Assembly (NCBI GenBank): GCA_041158545.1
Contig: JBEBBF010000234.1
Span: 1 to 31,592, forward strand
DNA: 31,592 nucleotides
Direction of reading: 5' to 3'
From: Pseudomonadota bacterium
GTDB lineage: Bacteria > Pseudomonadota > Gammaproteobacteria > Burkholderiales > Rhodocyclaceae
Part shown: positions 7,881-16,732 of the stretch, one piece after another
Layout of the letters: every line of letters starts with the position of its first letter
Numbering within the stretch: position 1 is the stretch's first letter
Notes under the pieces: generated by a model
The model's input: only the letters and a program-made list of their open reading frames with translations
Databases searched by the model: none
Told to the model about the DNA's origin: nothing
Program-made: the position numbers and the translations under genes

Positions 7881-10475
7881 ATGACCCCCCATCTTCTGTT
7901 AGGCCCGCCCGGTTCCATGCGTCGCCGTCTGGTGCTGCGCTTTTCAGCGCTGCTCGGCGTGACGCTGGCCTTGCTGGTCGCCGGCCTGATGGTTTTTGCG
8001 CTGGGGCCGATTACCGAGCGGGTGATCAGCAACCAGTTCAACTACACCACCGAGCGGGTCGAAGGGGAACTGACCCGGCAGTTTCTGCCGGTGGAAACCC
8101 TGCTGGCGGTACTCGGGCACGGCGACCGCCATCCCTGGGCGGCGGACAGCCGCTCGCCCGTGGCCTTCAACGCGCAATTCAAGCCGGTGCTGGAGCGGAT
8201 GCCGCAGATCACGTCGATTGTCGCCGGCAACGCCGCCGGCCGCGGCTGGATGCTGCTGGAGCAGGGCGAGGATCGCTGGCTGAACCGGCTGACCGACCCG
8301 GCGCAGCCCGGTCGCCACCATTTTTTCCAGTGGCAGGGCGAGGCGCTGGAGAGCGAGGAATGGCGCAGCATGCAGTACGACCCGCGGCAGCGCCCCTGGT
8401 ACAAGTCGGCGCTGCGCCCGGCCAGCCACACGGTGCACTGGACCGAACCCTATCTGTTTTTCACCACCGGCGATCCGGGTATCACCGGCTCCATCCTCAG
8501 CCATGGCGCCGACGGCGAAGCGCTGGTGGTCGGCTTCGACCTGCGCCTGAACGAGCTGTCGCGGATCACCCGCGAGATCAAGGTTGGCGAGCGGGGGCTG
8601 GTGATGGTGCTGACCGCGGAACACCGGCTGCTGGGCCTGCCCGGCCTGCCGCAATTCGAGCAGGCGGGGGCGGTGAAGGCGGCGCTGCTGTCTCCGGCCG
8701 ACCGGATCGAACTGGGCCCCGCGGGGCTGGCCTATGCCGAATGGCGGCAGCAGGGGCAGCCCGCCGGGCATCTGGTCGAATTCGACGGCGGCGACGGCGA
8801 CTGGCTGGCCCGCTTCGACAGCTTCAGGCTGGGCGAGCGCCAGTTCTGGATTGCCGTCGTGGCGCCGGAAGCGGATTTCCGGCTGTCGCTGGCCTCGCTG
8901 GCCGAAGTGATCAGCGCCGTGATCCTGCTGGCGCTGGCGCTGGCGCTGTTTGTCTCGCGGCGGATCGCCCGCCGGGTCAGCGCGCCGCTGGAAGTGCTGG
9001 CCAATGAAAGCGAGCGGATCGGCCGGCTCGATTTCGCGCCGACGCCGGTGCCCGAATCCGACATCCGCGAAGTCCGGCAGCTGACCCTGGCCCACGACAA
9101 GATGCGCAACCTGCTGCAGCAATACCAGCAGACCGTCGCCGATCAGGAGCAGGGCCTGCGCGACGCGCTGGAGAGCCTGCGCTTCCTCGCCCACCACGAC
9201 CCGCTGACCAGCCTGCCCAACCGGGTGCTGTTCTACCAGCGGCTGGCGGCGAGCATCGACCAGGCGGCGCGCAACCACGGCGAACTGGCGGTGCTGTTCG
9301 TCGACCTCGACCACTTCAAGGTGGTCAACGACTCCCTCGGCCATGAAATCGGCGACAACCTGCTGCAGCAGGTCGCCCAGGCGCTGAACCTCTGCCTGCG
9401 TGGCAGCGACCTGATCGCCCGCCATGGCGGCGACGAATTCATCGTGCTGGCCGAAGCGCCCAAGGTCGCAGCGCCGGCGGAAGAAATCGCCAACCGGCTG
9501 ATCGAAGCCCTGTCCCGCCCCTTCCTGATCGAGGGCAACGAGTTTTACGTCACCTGCAGCATCGGCATCGCGCTCTATCCCCAGCACGGCGCCGACGGTC
9601 AGGCGCTGCTGCGCTGCGCCGATACCGCGATGTACCGGGCCAAGGGCGCCGGGCGTAACCGCTACGAAATCTACGTCGAGTCGATGAACAACGAGGCGCT
9701 GGAGCGGGTGCGGCTGGAAAGCCAGCTACGCCGCGCCATCGAATTCGGCCAGTTGCAGCTGCATTACCAGCCGCAGGTCAATCTGCAGACCGGCGAACTG
9801 GTCGGCGTCGAAGCCCTGTGCCGCTGGTATCACCCGGAGCTGGGCCAGGTGCCGCCGACCCGCTTCATCCCGTTGGCCGAGGAAACTGGCTTCATCGTCA
9901 CGCTGGGCGCCTGGGTGCTGCACCAGGCCTGCCAGCAGGTCGCCGCCTGGCAGAACCAGGGCATCGAGCTGCCGCGGGTCTCGATCAATGTCTCGGTGCG
10001 GCAGCTGGAACGGGGCAATCTGGTCGAGCTGATCTCGGAAACCCTGATCCGCTCCGGGCTGGAGCCGCAGCGGCTGGAGCTGGAAATCACCGAATCCTTC
10101 TTCCTGCCCAACGGCCAGGTCTATGACCTGCTCTACGCGCTGCGCAATCTCGGCATCCAGCTGGCGGTCGATGACTTCGGCACCGGCTATTCCTCGCTGG
10201 CCTACCTGAAACAACTGCCGATCCACCGGCTGAAGATCGACCAGTCCTTCGTCCGCGACATCGGCCGCGACGCCAACGATGAGGGCATCGTCCGCGCCAT
10301 CGTCACGCTCGGTCGCAACCTCAACCTCAAACCCCTGGCCGAAGGGGTGGAAACCCCGGAACAGGCGGAATTCCTCCGCCGCGAAGGCTGCCAGGAAGCC
10401 CAGGGCTACCTCTACGCCCGCCCGATGCCGGCTGCTGAATTCATCCAGTGGCTGCAGCAGCGGCAGCGGGGCTGA
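7881..10475 (+). CDS. Membrane dCache-HAMP-GGDEF-EAL diguanylate cyclase/phosphodiesterase
   Basis: Two TM helices flanking a Cache region (YDPRQRPWY, WTEPY), a HAMP, HDPLTSLPNR, RGSD I-site, GGDEF, EAL, DDFGTGYSS and EGVE. Start uncertain (7848, 7881 or 7917). Confidence 0.93.
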   Translation: MTPHLLLGPPGSMRRRLVLRFSALLGVTLALLVAGLMVFALGPITERVISNQFNYTTERVEGELTRQFLPVETLLAVLGHGDRHPWAADSRSPVAFNAQFKPVLERMPQITSIVAGNAAGRGWMLLEQGEDRWLNRLTDPAQPGRHHFFQWQGEALESEEWRSMQYDPRQRPWYKSALRPASHTVHWTEPYLFFTTGDPGITGSILSHGADGEALVVGFDLRLNELSRITREIKVGERGLVMVLTAEHRLLGLPGLPQFEQAGAVKAALLSPADRIELGPAGLAYAEWRQQGQPAGHLVEFDGGDGDWLARFDSFRLGERQFWIAVVAPEADFRLSLASLAEVISAVILLALALALFVSRRIARRVSAPLEVLANESERIGRLDFAPTPVPESDIREVRQLTLAHDKMRNLLQQYQQTVADQEQGLRDALESLRFLAHHDPLTSLPNRVLFYQRLAASIDQAARNHGELAVLFVDLDHFKVVNDSLGHEIGDNLLQQVAQALNLCLRGSDLIARHGGDEFIVLAEAPKVAAPAEEIANRLIEALSRPFLIEGNEFYVTCSIGIALYPQHGADGQALLRCADTAMYRAKGAGRNRYEIYVESMNNEALERVRLESQLRRAIEFGQLQLHYQPQVNLQTGELVGVEALCRWYHPELGQVPPTRFIPLAEETGFIVTLGAWVLHQACQQVAAWQNQGIELPRVSINVSVRQLERGNLVELISETLIRSGLEPQRLELEITESFFLPNGQVYDLLYALRNLGIQLAVDDFGTGYSSLAYLKQLPIHRLKIDQSFVRDIGRDANDEGIVRAIVTLGRNLNLKPLAEGVETPEQAEFLRREGCQEAQGYLYARPMPAAEFIQWLQQRQRG

Positions 10476-10573
10476 GCGAAGCGACGTTCAGCGGCGGGGC
10501 AGATCGCTGACTGGCGCGATGCCCGCCGCAGGCCACGCCGCCAGCCGCCCATGAAACGGGCGTTTCCGGGCGT

Positions 10574-11203
10574 TCAGCGCACCAGCGGGTTCGGTGTGGC
10601 GGCTTCCATCCGGACCAGCAGGTTGCGGTCGGTGTGATGGAAGGGGGCGTCCTGGCCCTGGATCTGCAATACCGTGTCTTCCTCGTAAGCCCAGCTGCCG
10701 TCGGCGTTGATCGTCACGTCGATGCGGAATTCGCTGGTGCGGAAGGCGTGTTCGAGGAAGGGAATCGCGGCGATGCCGCTGCCGGGGACATCCGGGCCGG
10801 CGCGCAGGCTGAACTGGCGGGATTCCGCCGTCGCCTGGCCCAGGGCCAGCACGGTCTGGCCGCGGGGAATCGTCAGCGTGTGGATCACCGTGCCTGTCGC
10901 CGGCTCCCACAGCCAGTAGCCGACCTGCTCGTGGTAAGTCTTCACCTGGCCCGGCTTGGTGATGTGGATGCGGTAGCGCAGGCCGTAGAGCAGCTGCGGG
11001 CCGTTGGTCACCGGGTCGATGGGCTGCAGCTCGTAATATTCGACGTAATCCTGCTGCCGCGGGCCGTCCGCCTTCGGCTTGGTATCGACGCCGCGGCTGC
11101 CTTGCCAGACGCCGGCCAGCGGCGCCAGCGGCCCGAGCCGGGCCAGGGTGTTCAGGTCGTAATCGCGGGGTTCGCTGTAAATGTCGCTGGGAAATTGATC
11201 CAT
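10574..11203 (-). CDS. FABP-like/nitrobindin (DUF1794) beta-barrel protein
   Basis: 209 aa from ATG 11203; LGPLAPLAGVWQG, HEQVGYWLWEP and a C-terminal FHHTDRN histidine motif. Confidence 0.75.
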   Translation of the reverse strand: MDQFPSDIYSEPRDYDLNTLARLGPLAPLAGVWQGSRGVDTKPKADGPRQQDYVEYYELQPIDPVTNGPQLLYGLRYRIHITKPGQVKTYHEQVGYWLWEPATGTVIHTLTIPRGQTVLALGQATAESRQFSLRAGPDVPGSGIAAIPFLEHAFRTSEFRIDVTINADGSWAYEEDTVLQIQGQDAPFHHTDRNLLVRMEAATPNPLVR

Positions 11204-11324
11204 CGTGGTCTCCGGAAACAGGTGCAGCCGCGATGATACCCCTGCGCCCGGAAGGCTTTTCCGCGGGCGCCGCAGCGGAGAATATCCGCGATAATTCCGG
11301 CTCCGTTTTTCGCAAGATGCGCTC

Positions 11325-11777
11325 ATGAATACCCGTTTTCTCGACGACCTGCAGCCGGGCGACCGGCTCCGTACCGGCGGCGTCACGCTGACCGAAGCCG
11401 AAATCATCGATTTCGCCTGGCGCTACGACCCGCAGTCCTTCCACCTCGACGTCGGGGCCGCCGCCGAATCGCCCTACGGCGGCCTGATCGCCAGCGGTTT
11501 CCAGACCCTGGCCCTCTGTTTCCGGCTGTTCATCCAGAGCGGGATTTTTGCCGAAGCCAGCCTGGGTTCGCCGGGCATCGACGAACTGCGCTGGCTGGCC
11601 CCGGTGCGGCCGGGGGATACGCTGCACAGCGAGATCGAGGTGCTGGAGGTCCGCCCGTCCGCATCCAAGCCCGACCGGGGCATCGCCCGTCTGCAGTACA
11701 ACGCGGTGAACCAGCGCGGGGAAACCGTATTACGCTTCATCGTGATGCACCTGCTCCGCCGGCGTCCGGCCCGCTGA
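11325..11777 (+). CDS. MaoC family (hot-dog fold) dehydratase
   Basis: FAWRYDPQSFHLD, GLIASGFQT and LRWLAPVRPGDTL. Confidence 0.9.
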   Translation: MNTRFLDDLQPGDRLRTGGVTLTEAEIIDFAWRYDPQSFHLDVGAAAESPYGGLIASGFQTLALCFRLFIQSGIFAEASLGSPGIDELRWLAPVRPGDTLHSEIEVLEVRPSASKPDRGIARLQYNAVNQRGETVLRFIVMHLLRRRPAR

Positions 11778-11825
11778 GCCTGCCTGAACCCCCTGCGGCT
11801 ACGGCCGCCTTGCTCCGGAGGAGCC

Positions 11826-12665
11826 ATGGATTTGCAACTGTCGCTGGAAGAAGCCCAAAAAGTCCTGAAAGGGGTGACGATCCCGCCCCGCCCCACGCTG
11901 CTGGTCTCGCTGAACCAGGAGCTGCAGAAAGACGACCCGGACCTGCGCCGGGTGGCCGCGCTGATCGCCAAGGATGTGGCGATTTCCGCGGCGATGCTGA
12001 AAACCGTCAATTCCCCGCTGTTCGGCCTGCGCAACAAGCTGGGCAACATTCCCCAGGCGGTGCAGGTGCTGGGCCTGCGCAATGTCCGCAATCTGGTCAC
12101 CGGCCTGGTGCTGCGCAAGGCCATGGGCGGCCCCGGCCTGTCGCTGGAACGCTTCTGGGACAGCTCGGAAAAGGTCGCGTCGATCTCGGTCTATCTCTGC
12201 TCGCTGCTGCCGCGCAGCCCGCGGGAGGACGCCTACACCTTCGGCATCTTCCACGATTGCGGCATCCCCATCCTGATGCAGCGTTTCCCCGACTACAAGG
12301 AAACCCTGCGCCTGGCCGCCGGGCTGGACGTGCCGCAGACCCAGGTCGAGGACGAACGCCACGGCACCAACCATGTCGTGCTGGGTTACATGGTCGCCAA
12401 ATCCTGGGGGCTGCCGCCGACGATCTGCGACGCGATCCTGCGCCACCACGACGTCACGGTCTTCCGCGAGGAAGACAGCACCGAGCCGACGGCGCGGATG
12501 CTGGTCGCGATCAATTTCCTCGCCGAGCACCTCAACGACACCATGGTCCGGATGCGCGGCGACGAGCAATGGGAGCGGGTCGGCGGCCAGACCCTGGAGT
12601 ACCTCGGCCTCAACCACGCCGAGTATCTCGAACTCAAGGAAGACGTCCTCAACGTCGCCGCCTGA
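11826..12665 (+). CDS. Stand-alone HDOD domain protein
   Basis: IPPRPTLL, DVAISAAMLKTVNSPLFG, GIFHDCG and HVVLGYMVAKSWGLP..ICDAILRHH; SD GGAG. Confidence 0.9.
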   Translation: MDLQLSLEEAQKVLKGVTIPPRPTLLVSLNQELQKDDPDLRRVAALIAKDVAISAAMLKTVNSPLFGLRNKLGNIPQAVQVLGLRNVRNLVTGLVLRKAMGGPGLSLERFWDSSEKVASISVYLCSLLPRSPREDAYTFGIFHDCGIPILMQRFPDYKETLRLAAGLDVPQTQVEDERHGTNHVVLGYMVAKSWGLPPTICDAILRHHDVTVFREEDSTEPTARMLVAINFLAEHLNDTMVRMRGDEQWERVGGQTLEYLGLNHAEYLELKEDVLNVAA

Positions 12666-12860
12666 CCGCCACCGGTGCGGCAGGAACAGTCGTCGCGAAA
12701 CCCTGTCGATGCGGGGGCGGATGCTTGCAGGCGGCACGGCGGTTTTTCCGGCGAAAAGCCGCCAAATTGCCGTCGCCCGCGGGAAATGGCCCGTGATTTC
12801 CTTTAAACCCGCCGGCCTGCTAGACTCGCCGCCCGTTTGCCACCCCCGGAGCCGCAAGCC

Positions 12861-14051
12861 ATGGCTGCCCTGATCCTCCTGCCCGGCAAGGAACGCTCGC
12901 TGTTTCGTCGCCATCCCTGGTTGTTTGCCGGTTCCGTCGGTCGTCTGGTCGGACGGGCGCAGCCGGGCGACACCGTCGAAATCCACGCCGACGACGGCCG
13001 GATGCTGGCGCGGGCTGCCTACAGTCCGCACTCGCAGATACGCGCCCGGGTCTGGAGTTTTGATCCGGACGAATCCATCGACGACGCCTTCTTCAAGCGG
13101 CGGGTCGCCCAGGCCGTCGCCCGGCGGCAGGCGCTGCCGGAAACCCGCGGCCAGGCCGGACTGCGGCTGATCCACGCCGAATCCGACGGCCTGCCCGGCA
13201 TCATCGCCGATCAGTATGGCGACACCGTGGTGGTGCAGCTGACCTCCGCCGGCGCCGAAAAATGGCGGAAAGCCCTGGTCGGCGCCCTGGTCAAGGCCAC
13301 CGGCTGCGCCCGCATCTTCGAGCGCTCCGATTCCGACGTCCGCGGGCTGGAGGGCCTGGAGCCGGTCACCGGCTGGCTGCACGGCGAAGCGCCGGGCGAG
13401 CCGCTCGGCATCCTGGAAAACGGCGTCCGGCTCGGCATCGACATCGCCGGGGGCCACAAGACCGGCTTCTACCTCGACCAGCGGGAAAACCGGCAGCTGC
13501 TCGGCCAGCTTTCCGCCGGCCGGGAAGTCCTCAACTGCTTCTGCTACACCGGCGGTTTCTCGCTGCAGGCCCTGGCCGGCGGTGCCGCCAGCGTGCTGTC
13601 CATCGATTCCTCCGGCCCGGCGCTGCAGCAGGCCCAGGCCAATCTGGCGCTGAATCCGCAACTGCCGGCGGCGCGGGCCGAGTGGCTGGAAGCGGACGTG
13701 TTCCAGGCGCTGCGCGATTTCCGCAAGGCCGGGCGCCAGTTCGACCTGATCGTCCTCGACCCGCCCAAGTTCGCCCCGTCCGCCGCCCATGCCGACCGGG
13801 CCGCCCGCGCCTACAAGGACATCAACCTGCTCGGCTTCCGGCTGTTGCGGCCGGGCGGGCTGCTGATGACCTACTCCTGCTCCGGCGGCATCGGCCTGGA
13901 GCTGTTCCAGAAGATCGTCGCCGGCGCCGCGCTGGATGCCGGGCGCGATGCCCGGATCGTCCGCCGCCTGGCCGGCTCCCCCGACCATCCGGTCGCGGTG
14001 AATTTCCCCGAAGGGGAATACCTGAAGGGCCTGCTGCTGCAGGTGGATTGA
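12861..14051 (+). CDS. rlmI: 23S rRNA m5C1962 methyltransferase RlmI-like
   Basis: RRHPWLF PUA start, AESDGLPG, GHKTGFYLDQRENR, VLNCFCYTGGF, LDPPKF and PEGEYLKG. Start ATG 12861 with GGAG upstream. Confidence 0.9.
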   Translation: MAALILLPGKERSLFRRHPWLFAGSVGRLVGRAQPGDTVEIHADDGRMLARAAYSPHSQIRARVWSFDPDESIDDAFFKRRVAQAVARRQALPETRGQAGLRLIHAESDGLPGIIADQYGDTVVVQLTSAGAEKWRKALVGALVKATGCARIFERSDSDVRGLEGLEPVTGWLHGEAPGEPLGILENGVRLGIDIAGGHKTGFYLDQRENRQLLGQLSAGREVLNCFCYTGGFSLQALAGGAASVLSIDSSGPALQQAQANLALNPQLPAARAEWLEADVFQALRDFRKAGRQFDLIVLDPPKFAPSAAHADRAARAYKDINLLGFRLLRPGGLLMTYSCSGGIGLELFQKIVAGAALDAGRDARIVRRLAGSPDHPVAVNFPEGEYLKGLLLQVD

Positions 14052-14061
14052 GTTTCTTCCC

Positions 14062-14343
14062 ATGATCGGGCTGCGCCGCTTCCTGCTGATCCTCGCGCTG
14101 CTGTTCAGTCAGTGGCTGGGGCTGGCGCACGCGCTGGAGCACGGCGCGGTCAAGGAAGGCGGGCAGCCGCCGCACAGTTGCAGCCTGTGTCTGCAAACCC
14201 AGGATCTGGGTAGCGCACTGCCCAGTCTGGCGGTCTTGCCGCCGCGGCTTGCACCCTCCTGTCCACCGTCGGTCAAGCCGGCCACCGCCAGCCCGGCCCT
14301 GCCGGCACCGCTGGCCCGTCAGGGCGCACCACCCCAAGCCTGA
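14062..14343 (+). CDS. DUF2946-like leader protein (93 aa)
   Basis: Hydrophobic signal-like N-terminus, AHALEH, HSCSLC, Pro-rich linker and C-terminal ARQGAPP, directly upstream of a metal-uptake OM gene. Confidence 0.7.
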   Translation: MIGLRRFLLILALLFSQWLGLAHALEHGAVKEGGQPPHSCSLCLQTQDLGSALPSLAVLPPRLAPSCPPSVKPATASPALPAPLARQGAPPQA

Positions 14344-14382
14344 ATCCCACCCGTGAAACCCGGCCGTCGTTGACGGCCGCTG

Positions 14383-14411
14383 CGCCATCGGCCTGTCGCC
14401 GGGGCGTTTTT
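14383..14411 (+). terminator. Terminator/attenuator-like hairpin between the leader ORF and OM gene
   Basis: CGCC-A-TCGGC / CTGTC / GCCGG-GGCG followed by TTTTT; preceded by a second hairpin CGGCCGTC-GTT-GACGGCCG (14361-14379). Confidence 0.45.
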
Positions 14412-14436
14412 CCGTTTGGTCTTTCAGGAGTGACCC

Positions 14437-15831
14437 ATGAAATTCAGGATTCTGCCGGGGCTGCTGGCCCTGGCCTTCCCCCTGGCCGCTGTGGCGGCCG
14501 ACAACCCGGAACTGGCGCAGATTCGCGTCCAGATCGCCGAAATGAAAACCGCCTACGAGCAACGCATCGCCGCGCTGGAAGCCCGGCTGGCCCAGGCGGA
14601 AAGCTCGGCTGCGACCGCCGCGACCACCGCCAGCCGCGCCGAGCAGCAGGTTCAGCAACACGCCCGGCCGCGCAGCGAACCGCTGGCGCCGGCGAGCGCC
14701 GCAGCCTTCAACCCCGAGGTCTCGCTGATTCTCGACGGCAAATACAGCAACCTGTCCCGCGATCCGGCCAGCTACCGTCTGGGTGGTTTCATCCCCAGCG
14801 GCGGCGAGGTCGCACCGCCGAACCGCAGCTTCGGTCTCGGGGAAAGCGAGCTGGCGATTTCGGCCAACATCGACCACCTGTTCCGCGGCAATGCCCGCTT
14901 CTCGCTGGCGCCGGACAACAGCATCGCCACCGAGGAAGCCCACATCGAAACCCTGGGGCTGGACCATGGGCTGAAGCTGAAGGCGGGGCGTTTCCTGTCC
15001 GGGATCGGCTACCTCAATCAGCGTCACCCCCACGAATGGGACTTTGCCGACGCGCCGCTGGCCTATCAGGCTTTCTTCGGCTCCCGGCTGGGTAACGACG
15101 GGGTGCAGCTGAAGTGGCTGGCGCCGACCAGCCAGTTTGTCGAACTGGGGCTGGAGCTGGGCCGCGGCGACAGCTTTCCCGGCAACGACCGCAACAAGAA
15201 CGGCAACGGCCTGAGCAGCCTGTTCGCCCATGTCGGCGGCGACATCGGGATCAGCACCGCCTGGCAGGCCGGCTTGTCCTATGTCCGCACCCAGCCCGCC
15301 GGGCGCAGTGCCAACGATCCGGTCGATAACTACGACTACCGTTTCAGCGGCGACAGCCGGACCTGGCTGGCGGATTTCGTGCTGAAGTGGGCGCCCAACG
15401 GCAACCCCGCCGAGCAGAACTTCAAGCTGCAGGGGGAATACTTCCGGCGCAGCGAGAACGGCCGCCTGTCGGTGGATGACGTCGGTAACGCCGTGGCGCT
15501 GGCGAGCGACGAGGATTTCCGCAGCCGGCAATCCGGCTGGTACGCCCAGGGGGTCTGGCAATTCACCCGCGGCTGGCGGGTCGGTTATCGCCATGACCGC
15601 CTCGATTCCGGGCGGATCGACAACGCCACGGTGGCCGCCGGCACGCTGCCGCTGCTGAGCGCCCACGCCGCCCGGGGCGATGCGCTGATGCTGGACTGGT
15701 CGCCGTCCGAGTTCTCCCGCGTCCGGCTGCAGTTCGGCCGCAACGACGCCCGCGGCCCCGGTCTGCACGACAATCAGCTGTTCCTGCAGTACATCATGAG
15801 CCTGGGTGCCCACGGCGCCCACAAGTTCTGA
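14437..15831 (+). CDS. Outer-membrane beta-barrel associated with metal (Zn-type) ABC uptake
   Basis: Signal peptide, N-terminal coiled coil, AFNPEVSLILDG, RHPHEWDF, C-terminal HGAHKF ending in Phe; SD CAGGAG; followed by ZnuA/C/B-like genes. Confidence 0.75.
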   Translation: MKFRILPGLLALAFPLAAVAADNPELAQIRVQIAEMKTAYEQRIAALEARLAQAESSAATAATTASRAEQQVQQHARPRSEPLAPASAAAFNPEVSLILDGKYSNLSRDPASYRLGGFIPSGGEVAPPNRSFGLGESELAISANIDHLFRGNARFSLAPDNSIATEEAHIETLGLDHGLKLKAGRFLSGIGYLNQRHPHEWDFADAPLAYQAFFGSRLGNDGVQLKWLAPTSQFVELGLELGRGDSFPGNDRNKNGNGLSSLFAHVGGDIGISTAWQAGLSYVRTQPAGRSANDPVDNYDYRFSGDSRTWLADFVLKWAPNGNPAEQNFKLQGEYFRRSENGRLSVDDVGNAVALASDEDFRSRQSGWYAQGVWQFTRGWRVGYRHDRLDSGRIDNATVAAGTLPLLSAHAARGDALMLDWSPSEFSRVRLQFGRNDARGPGLHDNQLFLQYIMSLGAHGAHKF

Positions 15832-15841
15832 GGAGACAATC

Positions 15842-16732
15842 ATGCGTCAATGGTGCTTATTGCTCGGCCTGCTGTGGAGCTGGCCGGCGCTGGCCTTGAA
15901 TGTGCTGGCCAGCGTGCCGGAATGGGGGGCGCTGGCCCAGGTGATCGGTGGCGACAAGGTGCAGGTCTACACCGCGACCCACGGTCTGCAGGACCCGCAC
16001 CGGATCGAGGCCAAACCTTCCTTGATCGCCCAGGCGCGCAAGGCGGATCTGGTGCTGGCCACCGGCGCCGAGCTGGAAATCGGCTGGTTGCCGCTGGTGC
16101 TGCGCGAAGCTGGCAATTCCCGCATCCAGCCGGGGCGGCCGGGTTATTTCGAAGCGGCGGCCCAGGTGGCGATGCTGGAGGTGCCGGCCCGGCTCGACCG
16201 CAGTCAGGGGGATGTCCACGCCGGTGGCAATCCGCACATCCAGACCGATCCACGCAATATCCAGCAGGTCGGCGCCGCCCTGGCCGAGCGGCTGTGCGAG
16301 CTGGACCCGGCCAATGCCGCCGCCTATCGCCAGAACTGGGGCGAGTTCAACCGGCGCTGGCAGGAGGCGCTGCAGCGCTGGGAAAAACGGGCGGCGCCGC
16401 TCCGGGGCGTGCCGGTCGTGGTGCAGCACAAGGCCTTTCCCTATCTGGAAGCCTGGCTGGGGCTGAAGCAGGTGGCGAGTCTGGAACCCAAGCCCGGCGT
16501 GGCCGCCAGTTCCGCTTATCTGGCCGAGGTGGCGATGCGGTTGCAGGCGCAGCCGGCGCGGCTGGTGCTGCGCCCGGCCTATCAGCCGGAAGGGCCGTCG
16601 CGCTGGCTGAGTGAAAAGACCGGGTTGCAGCAGGTGGTGCTGCCTTTCACCCTCGGCGGCACGCCGGAGGCCAGGGATTTGTTCAGCCTGTACGACGACA
16701 CCCTGGATCGGCTGTTGAAGGGATTGCAGTGA
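15842..16732 (+). CDS. Metal ABC transporter substrate-binding protein (ZnuA/cluster A-I family)
   Basis: DPHRIEAKPS, GAELEIGWL, GGNPHIQTDP and VQHKAFPYL; SD AGGAG; start ATG 15842. Confidence 0.88.
   Translation: MRQWCLLLGLLWSWPALALNVLASVPEWGALAQVIGGDKVQVYTATHGLQDPHRIEAKPSLIAQARKADLVLATGAELEIGWLPLVLREAGNSRIQPGRPGYFEAAAQVAMLEVPARLDRSQGDVHAGGNPHIQTDPRNIQQVGAALAERLCELDPANAAAYRQNWGEFNRRWQEALQRWEKRAAPLRGVPVVVQHKAFPYLEAWLGLKQVASLEPKPGVAASSAYLAEVAMRLQAQPARLVLRPAYQPEGPSRWLSEKTGLQQVVLPFTLGGTPEARDLFSLYDDTLDRLLKGLQ

Noticed and set aside
12738-12763. 10-bp hairpin between HDOD and rlmI
   Set aside because: No U-tract on either strand, so it cannot be called a terminator or repeat family from one copy.
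14004-14018. TTCCCC-GAA-GGGGAA palindrome upstream of the leader ORF as an operator
   Set aside because: Explained by the conserved FPEGE coding sequence of RlmI.
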